A stretch of DNA of 55,995 bases, the filler included, from Squatina squatina (Eukaryota), in NCBI GenBank assembly GCA_031763465.1. It is 3 parts of 3 records of this genome, joined end to end, with 100 filler letters (N's around TTAATTAATTAA, not from the genome) between each part and the next. Parts side by side here need not be neighbours in the genome. Positions count along the whole stretch, not along the records: positions 30,451 to 55,995 come from JARFOE010000219.1; 2 more parts are not named here. The stretch is one strand, 5' to 3'. Both the position numbers and the translations under genes were made by a program. Under the pieces are notes generated by a model. The model saw only the letters and a program-made list of their open reading frames with translations. It did no database searches and was not told where the DNA came from. Positions 36,865 through 49,181 of the stretch are shown piece after piece (position 1 is the stretch's first letter; every line of letters starts with the position of its first letter).

Positions 36865-38877
36865 CTAGTACAGGATTCAGAAAACAAAAGACAGTTTTAA
36901 AGCCAATTCCACCAACTGAATGCACGTTCTAAATTCTATGCAATTACCTTTTTGTGAGGTCTGTGCCAATTCTATTCATTATTTTACTGTATTAGATGAT
37001 TGTCAATTATATTTTTCATGGACTAGAAAANNNNNNNNNNNNNNNNNNNNNNNNNNNNNNNNNNNNNNNNNNNNNNNNNNNNNNNNNNNNNNNNNNNNNN
37101 NNNNNNNNNNNNNNNNNNNNNNNNNNNNNNGCTGGGGCTTTAGGCTCAAAAGGCAGCATCAGATCATCTCAGGTCGAAAGGTTTCGGGTTTTCTTCAAGA
37201 TCACATGCCCAGCCTGTGTGCCCTCTTCGTAGGCCCCATTTTGTCTCCCCTCAACGATTCCCTGGATCACACACACAACCTGCAGCTGGGAGGACGAGGA
37301 AAACAAATTGCTCCCAGGACACCTCCGACACCTGGGCCTCCATGAGACACAGAGGGGAATCTCTTTTTGAGTTTATCTTGAACCTGTGTCCTTCTGTTGG
37401 TACTTCCCCAGAGAACGGCAGAGAAAGGAGTCTCAATGAAAATGGGCTGGAGGGGAGTCAGTAAATCAAACTCATGCCCTTCTCTGTAGTTTTACAAGGT
37501 GTCGTGCCAATCTGAAAAGATCAGATCTTTGTTTTAAAAAAATCAAACACTCGAAGAAACCTCAACAAAAAATCAGCAACTCGTATGATTTATCTTTCAC
37601 ATTTTCCTCATTTATTAGAAAATGGTACTTTAATAAATAGCTTAATAAAAATGTGTACAAAATGTTCATTTGTTTAGGGTAAGAGATTTAATACTATACA
37701 GCCAACCAAACAATGAATTATTCTGTTCACCCACTATTGACAGTATCGACAATCCCATGTGTTTCGAGTAAGGCCTCTGAACTGGCNNNNNNNNNNNNNN
37801 NNNNNNNNNNNNNNNNNNNNNNNNNNNNNNNNNNNNNNNNNNNNNNNNNNNNNNNNNNNNNNNNNNNNNNNNNNNNNNNNNNNNNNNNNNNNNNNNNNNN
37901 NNNNNNNNNNNNNNNNNNNNNNNNNNNNNNNNNNNNNNNNNNNNNNNNNNNNNNNNNNNNNNNNNNNNNNNNNNNNNNNNNNNNNNNNNNNNNNNNNNNN
38001 NNNNNNNNNNNNNNNNNNNNNNNNNNNNNNNNNNNNNNNNNNNNNNNNNNNNNNNNNNNNNNNNNNNNNNNNNNNNNNNNNNNNNNNNNNNNNNNNNNNN
38101 NNNNNNNNNNNNNNNNNNNNNNNNNNNNNNNNNNNNNNNNNNNNNNNNNNNNNNNNNNNNNNNNNNNNNNNNNNNNNNNNNNNNNNNNNNNNNNNNNNNN
38201 NNNNNNNNNNNNNNNNNNNNNNNNNNNNNNNNNNNNNNNNNNNNNNNNNNNNNNNNNNNNNNNNNNNNNNNNNNNNNNNNNNNNNNNNNNNNNNNNNNNN
38301 NNNNNNNNNNNNNNNNNNNNNNNNNNNNNNNNNNNNNNNNNNNNNNNNNNNNNNNNNNNNNNNNNNNNNNNNNNNNNNNNNNNNNNNNNNNNNNNNNNNN
38401 NNNNNNNNNNNNNNNNNNNNNNNNNNNNNNNNNNNNNNNNNNNNNNNNNNNNNNNNNNNNNNNNNNNNNNNNNNNNNNNNNNNNNNNNNNNNNNNNNNNN
38501 NNNNNNNNNNNNNNNNNNNNNNNCTACTATCGATCTCCATTATTGATAAATTACAGCTCTATTGACTATCTTTAGTGGGGAGGGGTGTGGGGGGAGGGGT
38601 GAACAAACCGCATCCCCGAGTAATGTTCAGCTACGCTGACCTTTGAACCCCATTCCTCACCATAGCAGACAAGTAATGACTATTGGCTATGAAGCTGAAC
38701 ACTAATGAAGGTGGGTTATTAGACAAAGGTTATTGACCTTTAAACACTGTCAAATCACACTCAGAATGTTAACTCAAGACCTGGTTAATCCAGTAATGTC
38801 CAATACAGGGCACCAACCGAGCAATGTAGACCAACTGCATAATCTGAGCAACAATGATTCATTTATTTTTCCCTCAG

Positions 38878-38947
38878 TTTTCGCCGCTCCTTTTCTGACT
38901 ACTTTGACGTGCGGGAATATAGTTCCATGGACACCAGTAACCCGTAA
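38878..38947 (+). CDS. Candidate terminal exon of an unidentified gene (FRRSFSDYFDVREYSSMDTSNP*)
   Basis: Strong acceptor atttatttttccctcag, 22 open CpG-retaining codons, then TAA. No homologue recognised. Confidence 0.25.
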
Positions 38948-39308
38948 ACTCAGCCGAGGCCCCAATCCTCACATGGGAGCCTAGATGACAAGTAAGAGGG
39001 GTTGTTTGACTGCAACCCAATCTTGTCCTCTCACAACGTTCACACATGTGCATCTTTCAGCAGAGCTTTTGGATAATGATCAGGGATGGGATACTTAGCT
39101 GGTTGCCGCACACCCCCCCTCCCACCCCGTACACCCCTCAAGCCCCAGAGGCATTGAGGCTAATTGTGTTGTGGCACCCTCTACTGGTACAGCACAGATT
39201 GCAAATTGTACTTGGGGACATCTAATCTACACGGCTCACTTTCCAGCCCCATGTTCCAACCCATATCCTACAACCCTCTCACTCTGGCCTCCTGTACATC
39301 CTTCTTCC

Positions 39309-39749
39309 CCAGTGGCTCAGTGGGTCGCACTCTTGCCTTTGAGTCAGACGATTGTGGGTTCAAGTCCCACTTCAGAGACTTGAGCACAAAAATCTAGTCT
39401 AACACTCCAGTGCAGTACTGAGAAAGTGCTGCATTGTCAGAGGTGCTGTCTTTCGGATAAGACGTTAAACCAAGGTCTGCTCTCTAAGGTGGACATAAAA
39501 GATCCCACGGCACTACTTCCAATAAGAGCAGGGGTCCACGGTTTCCTGGGGCCAATATTTATCCCTCAATCGACATCACTGGTCATTATCACTTTGTTGT
39601 TTGTGGGAGCTCGCTGTGTGCAAATTGGCTGCCGCATCTCCTAAATTACAACAGTGACGACTCTTCAAAAAGTACTTAATTGGTTGTAAAATGCTTTGGG
39701 ACATCCAGTGGTCATGAAAGGCATTATATAAATGCAAAATGTTCTTTCA
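39309..39749 (+). mobile_element. Near full-length tRNA-derived Deu-domain SINE (SacSINE1-like)
   Basis: A-box tggctcagtggg, B-box ggttcaagtcc, central cagtgcagtactgag...taaaagatcccacggcacta...tgcaaattggctgccgc, L2-like tail gaaaggcattatataaatgcaa. Confidence 0.85.
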
Positions 39750-40054
39750 TTCCGCTTTCAATGGCAAAGTGTTTTAAGCGATCTCAGTCCTACTCCCTGG
39801 AGATGCTTCCCTCAAATCTCGCTGTCTTGCAACTTCTCTACCCACCTTTGAAAGCCTCCATAAAACCTATCTTACTNNNNNNNNNNNNNNNNNNNNNNNN
39901 NNNNNNNNNNNNNNNNNNNNNNNNNNNNNNNNNNNNNNNNNNNNNNNNNNNNNNNNNNNNNNNNNNNNNNNNNNNNCCATGATCCAATTGAATGGCGGAG
40001 CGGGCTCGACGGGCCGAATGGCCTACTCCTGCTCCTACTTCTTATGGTCTTATG

Positions 40055-40397
40055 GTGCTGTGGGAAACACGGCAGCCAATTTGCGCACAGCAAGCTCCCA
40101 CAAACAGCAATGTGATAATGACCAGATAATCTGTTTATATTATGGGTAAATATTGGCAGGATAACTCCCCTGCTCTTCTGCAAAATAGTGCCATGGGATC
40201 TTTTACCTCCTCCTGAGAGCCAGACGGGGTCTCAGTTTAATGTCGCATTGAAAGACGGGATCTCCGACAGTGCAGCACTCCCTCAGTGCGGCACTGGAGT
40301 GTCATCCTAGAGTTTTTGTGCTCAAATCTCTTGAATGGGACTGTGAACCCACAACTTTCTGACTCAGAGACGAGTGTACTACCTACGGAGCCACTGG
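40055..40397 (-). mobile_element. Deu-domain SINE, inverted relative to the 39309 copy
   Basis: Reverse complement of the head and core of 39309-39640; preceded by a CR1 tail at 39977-40050. Confidence 0.85.
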
Positions 40398-40839
40398 AAG
40401 TAGCAGGCAGCGGCTCTTCTTGCAGGGGAGGAGCTTACGGGAATCCTGGTCAGGTAGAGAGGTGGTGCAAGGCCTCATCAAAATTTTTCTGATATTCTAC
40501 ACATAATTTTGGTGGTGAATTCATCCAGACTCTTTTACACAACAACTCATCCCGTAAACCTATGACTAACTCTTTCACCAACCTGTTCTGATCAACTGCT
40601 CTGATTACTAATTATGATTACGGTACATATTAAAGCTGTTTTTGTTGTTTTTGTTAAATGTTTTGCCAACATCTTTCCACTTGTTTAAGAAGCCACAACA
40701 CAAATGATTTGGATAGTCTGGGTGCCCCACTTCCAAAGCAAATTAATGCACTGTGAAGGGTTCAGAGAAAGTGGCTACGATGAGGGTCAAACGTGAGATT
40801 CATAGAACTGAACTGCTATTCATTAGAGGAAAGAATTAG

Positions 40840-41070
40840 AGTGGGGAGAGAGAGAGAGAGAGCACGACGCAGGCGTGGGGAGAGAGAGAGCCCGACCCAG
40901 GCGTGGGGAGAGAGAGAGAGAACGACGCAGGCGTGGGGAGAGAGAGAGAGAGAGAGCCCGACCCAGGCGTGGGGAGAGAGAGAGAGACAGAGAGAGAGCA
41001 CGACGCAGGCGTGGGGAGAGAGCGGGAGCACGACGCAGGCGTGGGGAGACAGAGGGAGCACGACGCAGGC
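40840..41070. repeat. Compound minisatellite: (GA)n plus cacgacgcaggcgtgggg
   Basis: About seven or eight units of (a/c)cgac(g/c)caggcgtgggg separated by variable (ga)n. Confidence 0.9.
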
Positions 41071-43794
41071 TCCGTCTGACCAGTTCCAACGTGAACTGGC
41101 GACCGAGGTCCTATTCACGCCCTCGGGGTCACCGCCCCCATTCCGAGGCCATTGCCAACCCTTTAATCCCAGGTGAGGGCCAATCAACATTGAGCGGTGA
41201 CAGAGAATTGGAAACAAGGAACCAGACAACACTTCTTAACTCACAGCTCCTTGTTCTCTTCCATCTGCTGTGGAAATGCACCTGAGGTCCTCAAAGTAAC
41301 AGAACCCAGTTCAATAAAACTTGCACGCTTTTTGAAATTGTTCGTGTTTTATGCTCGTTACATTTAACAGTCAAAAAAACCCTGATAATGCAAGTAAGGT
41401 TAGGCAGCAAGTGACTTGGGTCTACACTGTCAATATATTACTTGATTAAAATTATAATACTTTAAGGTCATTTTTATTTTTGAACACACTTTCACCAAGA
41501 AGCCAGTTTGTTCCTGCATGTTTTTTGCAATTGGTAGTTTCCTCAGCTTAAAATGTTTAGCGGCAATTATAAAAATGGATCAACGTTTGGATTTCAACTC
41601 CAATTCAAGTAAGATAAAAGTGCTTTCCTTTTCAAACTGTGCTTGAAAAAGTGCCAATTTATTCGAGTTCATTACATTGCAAAATACTGTGACAAAGATT
41701 CTTTCACGTTAAAAGCCAAGAGGGTTTATTTTAGAGAGGTGTTTCTGTGGTAATGCTGAACATGGATTGAGAAGTTTAGAACGTGAAATTTATCAAACTG
41801 TATGAAAGCAAACACTTTGTGTTTTATTCTGAAGTGACATTATCACACAGATTAAAATAAAAATCACCTATCCCTGAAAAAGTGCAAGACAATTCTGAGT
41901 TTCAAAAAAAAAATAACTCTGAAATTAAATATAAATCAGTGGAAGAAATTCATTAAAAGAAATATATATTTTAAAAATAAGTTGTGTTTTTGCAACAATC
42001 CATGTTAAGATGGACTTTTAGCCTTTGTCACTGACCAACTCTAATATCTGTACACTCAGTCTTCCACAGCACAGACCTTCCTTCTGTTCACACAGGCTCT
42101 TGGAACACATTTCAAAATGATTCAAGCACAACAACTTCATAAATACTGCGTACGCACCCAACCCCACTTTCAACACGGAAACAGGTCCCGCCAATTTGTG
42201 AAAAATCTTCATTTGTTTGAAAGAAAAAACCCTGCAAAATCAACGTCAACTTGCATCTTTTGATGGAAAAAGAAAATAATCAGTACAATTGTGAAAATCG
42301 TGGACATCAGTGCCAACCAACACATGATCTAGGACATGTGGGAACATGCTAAAGGCAGTGAAAAACACTAGGGCTACAATGACCGGGGCTCAATATTGCC
42401 TCAAAATAGTGACGAGTCAGCCAGCGACTTAATTAGGAAAAAAGCTCCCCGTGTAACCCAGTCATCTCTTTGCGCAACACTTAATGGAGGATTATCGAGG
42501 AGTGAAACTATCTGATAGGTCTGCAAATCTTCAGAGTGTTAATAAATAATGTTATTGTACGACACTAGTTGTTTAGATGTCAACCACTTTCTTTCTACGC
42601 AACTGGTATTGTACAATAACCTGTGTAGGCACTGTCCAAGTAACTATACAGCACTTCAGCACTTGCATCTGTAACTTTCTACACTTAGGTCACAAAATGC
42701 ACGCTAATTTTGCTTCTAAATTAAGCCTCATTTCCATAAAACCAGTGAGCTGCGGAGACCAATCATGTGCCTCGATGCAGTTGACCCATCATAGACTTCA
42801 CAAAATTGGTCAGAGCACTAGATCATCCTGTGCATTTACAAAAAGCAGGTAGACCTCAAACTTTGAATATAAAATGTGTGGCAAAATTCTTTCAACTTCA
42901 CCTTAATGATCTGCCCTGAAATTATAATGAGTTAAGCTGCCACACAAATCATCCTTGTGGCCTCTCCAGGTAAGTTTTCCAACGTTGGATTTTAGGGGAA
43001 TCATGGGATAGAAACATAGAAAATAAGTGCAGGAGAAGGCCATTCGGCACTTCGAGCCTGCACCGCCATTCAACGCGATCATGGCTGATCTTTCAACTCA
43101 ATACCCCGTACCTGCTTTCTCTCCATACCCCCTGATCCCCCTTGCCGTAAGGGCCACATCTAACTCCCTTTTAATATGGGGATCGGGCGGGGAAGTGGCG
43201 TTGAGGTTGAAAATCAGCCGTGATCTTATTGAATGGTGGAGTGGGCTCGAAGGGCCTGCTCCTAATCCATATGTTCTTAATGTACAGTTCCAGTCAGTTT
43301 CACACTAGGAACTCATATTCATTAGCACATGGGTGGACATTACCCAGACTCAATTCATTGTGAACTTTTACAACCAAAAGTTATCCCATCAGCTTGAGCT
43401 GGATTTGAAACTTGAATGTAAAGGTGAAAGTACAGCATTCATAACTTGGTTAACTATGGACATTTAAGTGGTTTGATAATCCAGTGTAACTGTTATTCCT
43501 GATCAAACTCATTTAGTTAACAGGAAGACTTTTTTTCAGAAAATGTTCTGGTCTTTTGAGGAATTGGTGATATCTTGCATATCAGACAAATATATTTTCA
43601 TAATGTCCAAATTGTGAGAGTATTCTGACTAGATCAGAGGAGTATCCAACTTGCATAATGGATGAAGGCCAGCAGATATGTGACAAAAGATGGCTTGATG
43701 ATGTGTGCACATTAAAACTGTAAAAGTCATTAAATAATGGGCTTACATTAACATGTGGTAGGGTTGGAGGAGGCTCGTGTGGAGCATAAACACT

Positions 43795-44022
43795 CAAATC
43801 AGGAGGGGTCTGGACAGAGTAGAGAGAGAGAGAAACTGTTCCCATTGGTGGAAGGGTCGAGAACCAGAGGACAGAGATTTAAGGTGATTGGCAGAAGAAC
43901 CAAAGGCGACATGAGGAAAAACTTTTTTACGCAGTGAGTGGTTATGATCTGGAATGCACTGCCTGAGAGGGTGGTGGAGGCAGATTCAATCACTGCTTTC
44001 AGAAGGCAGTACCTGAAAGAGA
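43795..44022 (+). mobile_element. CR1 LINE 3' fragment
   Basis: EKLFPLVEGSRTRGQRFKVIGRRTKGDMRKNFFTQ*VVMIWNALPERVVEA, the CR1 ORF2 C-terminus. Confidence 0.9.
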
Positions 44023-44183
44023 NNNNNNNNNNNNNNNNNNNNNNNNNNNNNNNNNNNNNNNNNNNNNNNNNNNNNNNNNNNNNNNNNNNNNNNNNNNNNN
44101 NNNNNNNNNNNNNNNNNNNNNNTAATTTTGCTTCTAAATTAAGCCTCATTTCCAGCTTATTCTTCCCATCTTTCAATGTTTCC

Positions 44184-45358
44184 CTAGTCGCTTAAAATAC
44201 TGTTTACTGCTTCTTCCAAAGTGGAGGTCCCCGCTCCAACAAGGCCACCGTCATGTTCTGGTTCCATGAAATCCCCCAAGGAAGCCATCGGGGAGAACTG
44301 AGGGATGTCCAGTTCTGCTGAATCGGGAGGCTCGGTTGTGGACTGCTCCTCCTCAGAAGTCTGGAGCCTCTGTAGGTCCAGAATGCTGTTGATGGCACTC
44401 TGTAGGTGTTCGTTGAGCGTGCTGTCCTGGGGGCTGTCGCTGGAGAAACTGGCATTGTCCACAGAGTCAGACTTGCGACGTTTGGGCTGCGGGAGCGGCA
44501 GCTCCCAGCGCAGGTCCTCTGCTGAGCCAACCTTCATCAGACCCTGCGTGAGCGCGTCTTCCACCTCCGCAAGTTCCTTCATAAGATTGCTTGCGCTGTC
44601 ATCGATCTTCCCTCCCGGCAGTCCCTCAGCTTTGTCCTGCATCAAGTTCTGGAAGCCATTGTCCGTAGTCCTGNNNNNNNNNNNNNNNNNNNNNNNNNNN
44701 NNNNNNNNNNNNNNNNNNNNNNNNNNNNNNNNNNNGTTGTCTTCATGTTCAATCGATCTTTGAAACTCAGAACTGTTCTGTGGGAGGGGTATTTTACTTT
44801 GGTCGAGTACCAAACTTGGAGTGCAACTCACAGGACAATTCCTTTCACATTTTGCAAGATTGGTAAGATAGCCCCTTTCTTCCGACGCACCCCTGGGGTC
44901 CAAATGTTCCAGTTGACGTTTCTCAGCTGGAGGAGGGATGGTGCGATTCAGATCTCCGTTGCTTTGGCCAGTGGGGGTCGCGGCGAGGGTGCTGGGGTGT
45001 CTGGTTCCTGAGCTCTGTGGGACTGGCGGGGAAGAGAGCTGATCGAACGCTGTGTTGTGGACAACCTTGCTGTAACCCGCCTCCTGCTTTATCTTCAACT
45101 TGAGACCGCCTCTGCTACTGGCAACATAAGTCTTCAGAGGCTTGGGCCGACTTGGGAGGGCCTCCATCTCCACATCTCCCGTCGGGGAGGCTGTTGCCTG
45201 GGTGACAGAGGGCGAACTCCTGGCCTGTTTGATAACCAGCTTGGTGGCGGTGATCTGTGTTGAACTTTGAACAAGCTCGTTGGGAGCTACAAGGGGGAAA
45301 GAAGGGGTTGGCGGAGTACTGGTAATTCTAGGCTTGAAAACTGATGAGATATATGCAT
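44184..45358 (-). CDS. GLTSCR1-family (BICRA-like) protein, last coding exon
   Basis: tttttag|(D)AYISS...ATKLVIK...LKTY..SSRGGLKLKIKQEAGYSKVVHNTAFD...KRRKSDSVDNASFSSDSPQDSTLNEHLQSAINSILDLQ...LEEAVNSILSD*. These motifs match the recalled BICRA/GLTSCR1 C-terminus. Frame is kept across the internal N-run. Symbol withheld because orthology (BICRA versus a paralog) is uncertain. Confidence 0.92.
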
Positions 45359-45429
45359 CTAAAAACAAACCAAACATACATTGAGCACTCTACAGCCACA
45401 TTACGTTCAAAGTAAGTGCATTTAAAACT

Positions 45430-45690
45430 GAACAACAACTTGCATTTATATAGAGCCTTCAACTTAGTAAAACTTCCCAAGGTGCCTCACATGAGTGTAA
45501 TCAGACAATATTTGACACATAGGGAGATATAAGAGGTAGGTTTTAAGGGGTGTCTTAACGGAGGAGAGAGAGATACAGGTGGAGAGGTTTAAGGAGGGAA
45601 TTCCAGAGGTTAGGGTCTAGGCAGCTGAAAGCATGGACGCCAATGTTGGAGCGATTAAAATAGGGGATGCGCAAGAGACCAGAATTGGTC
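45430..45690 (-). mobile_element. L2 LINE 3' end
   Basis: aacaacaacttgcatttatatag...ggagagagag...agggaattccagag, the reverse complement of 7847-8053. Confidence 0.8.
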
Positions 45691-45703
45691 TTTGGAAGAT
45701 ATT

Positions 45704-46452
45704 GGCCGGACTATCAATGTCCATAATCAGTACTTCTCTGAAACCAACAGCAACTTCTGGATTCAGCGCACTTGCAGATAAGCGTGGAAATCCAAAAGTT
45801 GCTGTCAGTGATTCTACGCTTCTCCACAGGCTGGGCTGGTGAATTCCCCAGAGCCGGCAATCAATTCAAATCACTGAACTGACAAAAACGTCCAATTTTA
45901 TACTGGAATACCGCTGTTAAAAGCCCCCGAAAAAGTTAAATCTTGTTGAAGGAGGTGTAACTTGGTTTATAACGGTGTATTGACTGATAACAACCGTTCT
46001 GGCCCTGAAAAACTAATTTCATATTTGTGGAATGTCAAATTTTTACATTACGATAAAAATTCCATGCTTTTTAATAATTTTTAAAAAGTTTATTTGATAT
46101 TTCGGCTTCTACGTTAATCCCATGTGTGTGTCCCAATCTTTATTTTGCTCTCTGTAAAATGAAGGAAAATCAGTGCATTTTACTTCCTGGTTTGTTGTCT
46201 GTGAGAACTCTTCAGTGTGATTGGCTGCGTAGCCAGCTTGATGACATCACTGTTGCTGGACGCTGGAGATCCCCGAGACTTGGCGTCAGATTCAAATTAA
46301 CGCCGAGAGAGGTGAAATCTATGCCGCAGAGATTGCTGGATAAACAGGGTAACCTAGAAGTTGATGGCTAGATCTTTGTGCACAGCTTTCTTCAAGGTCA
46401 GAGCTCAGTGGTGAGCGCCATCACTTTGTTTGCTGACCGTAAAATCCAGGCC
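45704..46452. mobile_element. Probable non-autonomous DNA transposon
   Basis: Ends ggccggac...atccaggcc; internal hairpin acagcaacttctggatt...aatccaaaagttgctgt (about 45747-45805); no coding capacity; TSD not clear. Confidence 0.45.
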
Positions 46453-46924
46453 GATGTTTATCTTCTAGTTGTACACATTGTCTCCCTTGAATTATCAAGC
46501 CAGCCCATTTGCAGAAACACCCTTCTATACCATAGTTTATTTCACTGTTTTCATATATATACCTCATAGATCATATCATGTATAAATATCAAATAATGTG
46601 TTTCTCCCACATTAATAAATAGCAGACATTCTACATACAAACTAAGTTGTTCGTTGAGTCACAAGACACTGGTCCTAGATCTCTGCAGTAGCTGTGCAGT
46701 TTAGTCAGCCCACGCCATATCTGTGGCCTTGTCCTCGATTTTCTCCTCCTTTCTTCTGTTATGATTGTCAGCAGTGGAGTTCTGCTGATTTACTGTGAGG
46801 CACAGGAACTCTTATTGTCTTTCTTCCATTTACTGCTTTTTTTTTTACTTTAGTAGCTTAATTATTCTCTCAATGATATTTTAATTTTCTTTTTCTGTGT
46901 TGTTTGCGCTTAAACACAAAGGAG

Positions 46925-47500
46925 TGGAAGTTGTATACAGCTCTGCTAAGACCACATCTGGAGTACTGCATTCATTTCTGGGCACCGCACCTCAGGAAGG
47001 ATATATTGGCTTTGGAGTGGATGCAGTGCAGATTCACTAGAATGATACCGGGACTTAAATGGTTAAATTATAAGGAAAGGTTACACAGACTAGGCTTGTG
47101 TTCCCTTGAGTATAGAAGATTAAAGGGGTCATCTAATTGAGGTGTTTAAAATGATTAACTGATTTGACAGGGTAGATAGAAAGAAACTATTTTCTCTGGT
47201 GGGGAGTTCAGAACAAGTGGGTATAACCTTAATATTAGAGCTAGGCCATTAAAGGGTAATGTCAGGAAGCACTCCTTCACAAAGGACAAGTGGTAATCTG
47301 GAACTCTCTTTCCCCCAAAATGCCGTTGAAGCTAAGTCAATTGAAAATTAAAAAAAGCAGATTAATAGATTTTTGTTAGGTAAGGGCATTAAGGGATATG
47401 GAACCAAGGTGGGTAAATGGAGTTAAGATACAGATTGTCCATGATTGAATTGGATGGCGGGGCAGGCTTGAGGGCCTAAATGGCCTACTCCCGTTCCCAA
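46925..47500 (+). mobile_element. CR1 LINE 3' fragment
   Basis: LYTALLRPHLEYCIHFWAPHLRKDILALEWMQCRFTRMIPGLKWLNYKERLHRLGLCSLEYRRLKG followed by the 3' UTR ending in tggcctactcccgttcc. Confidence 0.92.
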
Positions 47501-48108
47501 ATTTGTCCTGTTGATTTTTGTCAGATGTAGATCAGATGTAATTATTAAGCCAAACAGCTGGAGGCTCAGAACTGAGGTCTGTATCATAGAAACATAGAAA
47601 ATAGGAGCAGGAGTAGGCCATTCAGCCCTTCCAGCCTGCTCCGCTATTCANNNNNNNNNNNNNNNNNNNNNNNNNNNNNNNNNNNNNNNNNNNNNNNNNN
47701 NNNNNNNNNNNNNNNNNNNNNNNNNNNNNNNNNNNNNNNNNNNNNNNNNNGCCTTCGTTACCTAACCCTTAATATTTTTGCGCAACAAAAATTGATCAAA
47801 CTCACTTTAGAAATTTTCAATTGCCCCGCAGCCCAGCTTTTTGGCAGGTGGGGGGTGGGGGGGGGAGCTGTGGCGGAGGAAAGTTCCACATTTCCACTAC
47901 GCTTTGCGTGAAGAAGTTTTTCCTGACATCACCCCTAATTTTAATTAGATCACGCCTTGGGTCCATATCTCTTCATACCCTTGCCTAACAAACAGGTAAA
48001 CAAAAGTGCGACCGAGATAAACGTGGCTTCTGCAGGGACGAGTTAGGAAAGCTGAACTTGGGGTGAAGCCTGCTGTGAGGCGAAGGTGCTTCCCAGTCGA
48101 TTCCTTAC

Positions 48109-48245
48109 CTGCACTGTAGACTGCAGCTGTGGCTGGACAAGTGGTTTTAAAGTGAATTGTCTGAACCTTCCCTTGCCATTGTGGAGACGCTGTCCTTGCA
48201 GAGCTTGCGCGTGACAACACACTGAGTCACCCACAGCAGTCGAGT
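48109..48245 (-). CDS. Candidate internal exon of the BICRA-like gene
   Basis: tcttccaccag|..STAVGDSVCCHAQALQGQRLHNGKGRFRQFTLKPLVQPQLQSTVQ|gtaagg; good splice sites and one open frame; lies between the two large exons, but no homology recognised. Confidence 0.45.
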
Positions 48246-48574
48246 CTGGTGGAAGACAGAATTAAAACCAATTGTCCGTTTGCACTGTACTTAAAGAGGA
48301 ACTAAAGACTGGTGGGCAGAAATCCATTCCTTTCCCAGCATTGACTAGTGCTTCTCTCCTCCTGATCAATGTGAATGCTTCTTGGTTACTTCTTATTCCT
48401 TTGGTCAGAGTATTCCATTAATCGGTGCCACGCTTACCTCAAACAATTATGCAATCTAGTTCCTGTGTAAATTANNNNNNNNNNNNNNNNNNNNNNNNNN
48501 NNNNNNNNNNNNNNNNNNNNNNNNNNNNNNNNNNNNNNNNNNNNNNNNNNNNNNNNNNNNNNNNNNNNNNNNNN

Positions 48575-48960
48575 CTGCTATTTCTAGGGCCACTTCCTTA
48601 AGTAACCTGGGAAACATTTTCTCCACATCTACCCCATCAAACCCCTTCATAATTTTAAAGACCTCAATCAGGTCACCCCTCAACCTTCTCTCTTCTACAG
48701 AAAAGAGCCCCAGCCTGATCAGTCTTTCATGATAGGTATAAGCTCTCAGTTCTGATATATTTGTAAACATGGTTATCATCCATAGAACAGGAATAGGCCA
48801 TTCAGCCCCTCCAGGCTGTCCCACCATTTAATGAGGTCATGGTTGATCTGTACCCGACCTCCATTTACCTGCCCTTGATCCCCTTACCTAACAAAAATCC
48901 ATCAGTCTCAGTCTTCAAATTTCCAATGGACGCCCCTGCATCCACGGCCTTTTGGGCGAG
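48575..48960 (-). mobile_element. CR1 LINE fragments
   Basis: YHERLIRLGLFSVEERRLRGDLIEVFKIMKGFDGVDVEKMF plus a 3' tail at about 48780. Confidence 0.85.
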
Positions 48961-49181
48961 AATGGACTGTGACAAATACTCCATTTTGTAACTTACTAAA
49001 TCAGAAATGCAATTGGCCACATCTGGATTCCCAATTAGCCATATGTGGCTGGAGGCCAACAGATTAGACACCACTGAAGGTTGAAAATATTGCATTCCCG
49101 TAGCATCTGTCATCTTTACGGGCATAAAACATTACCAGGACTAGATCAATGTACCTCCTCCTACAGTATCAAGGGACTGAC

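Noticed and set aside
37131-37511. Minus-strand segment after a good acceptor (tcttttcag), as a possible STARD9 exon
   Set aside because: All three frames stop within 18 codons and none resembles kinesin exons 1-2; could be UTR or a terminal exon, but unsupported.
39309-39380. tRNA gene
   Set aside because: The A/B boxes belong to a SINE head that continues into the SINE body; no full cloverleaf.
40793-41285. Arg/Glu-rich ORFs resembling RBM25's RE-rich region
   Set aside because: Translation of a (GA)n minisatellite, open in several frames on both strands and far from the RBM25 exon.
44204-45263. Several ORFs overlapping the BICRA-like last exon
   Set aside because: Antisense or alternative-frame shadows of a GC-rich coding exon.
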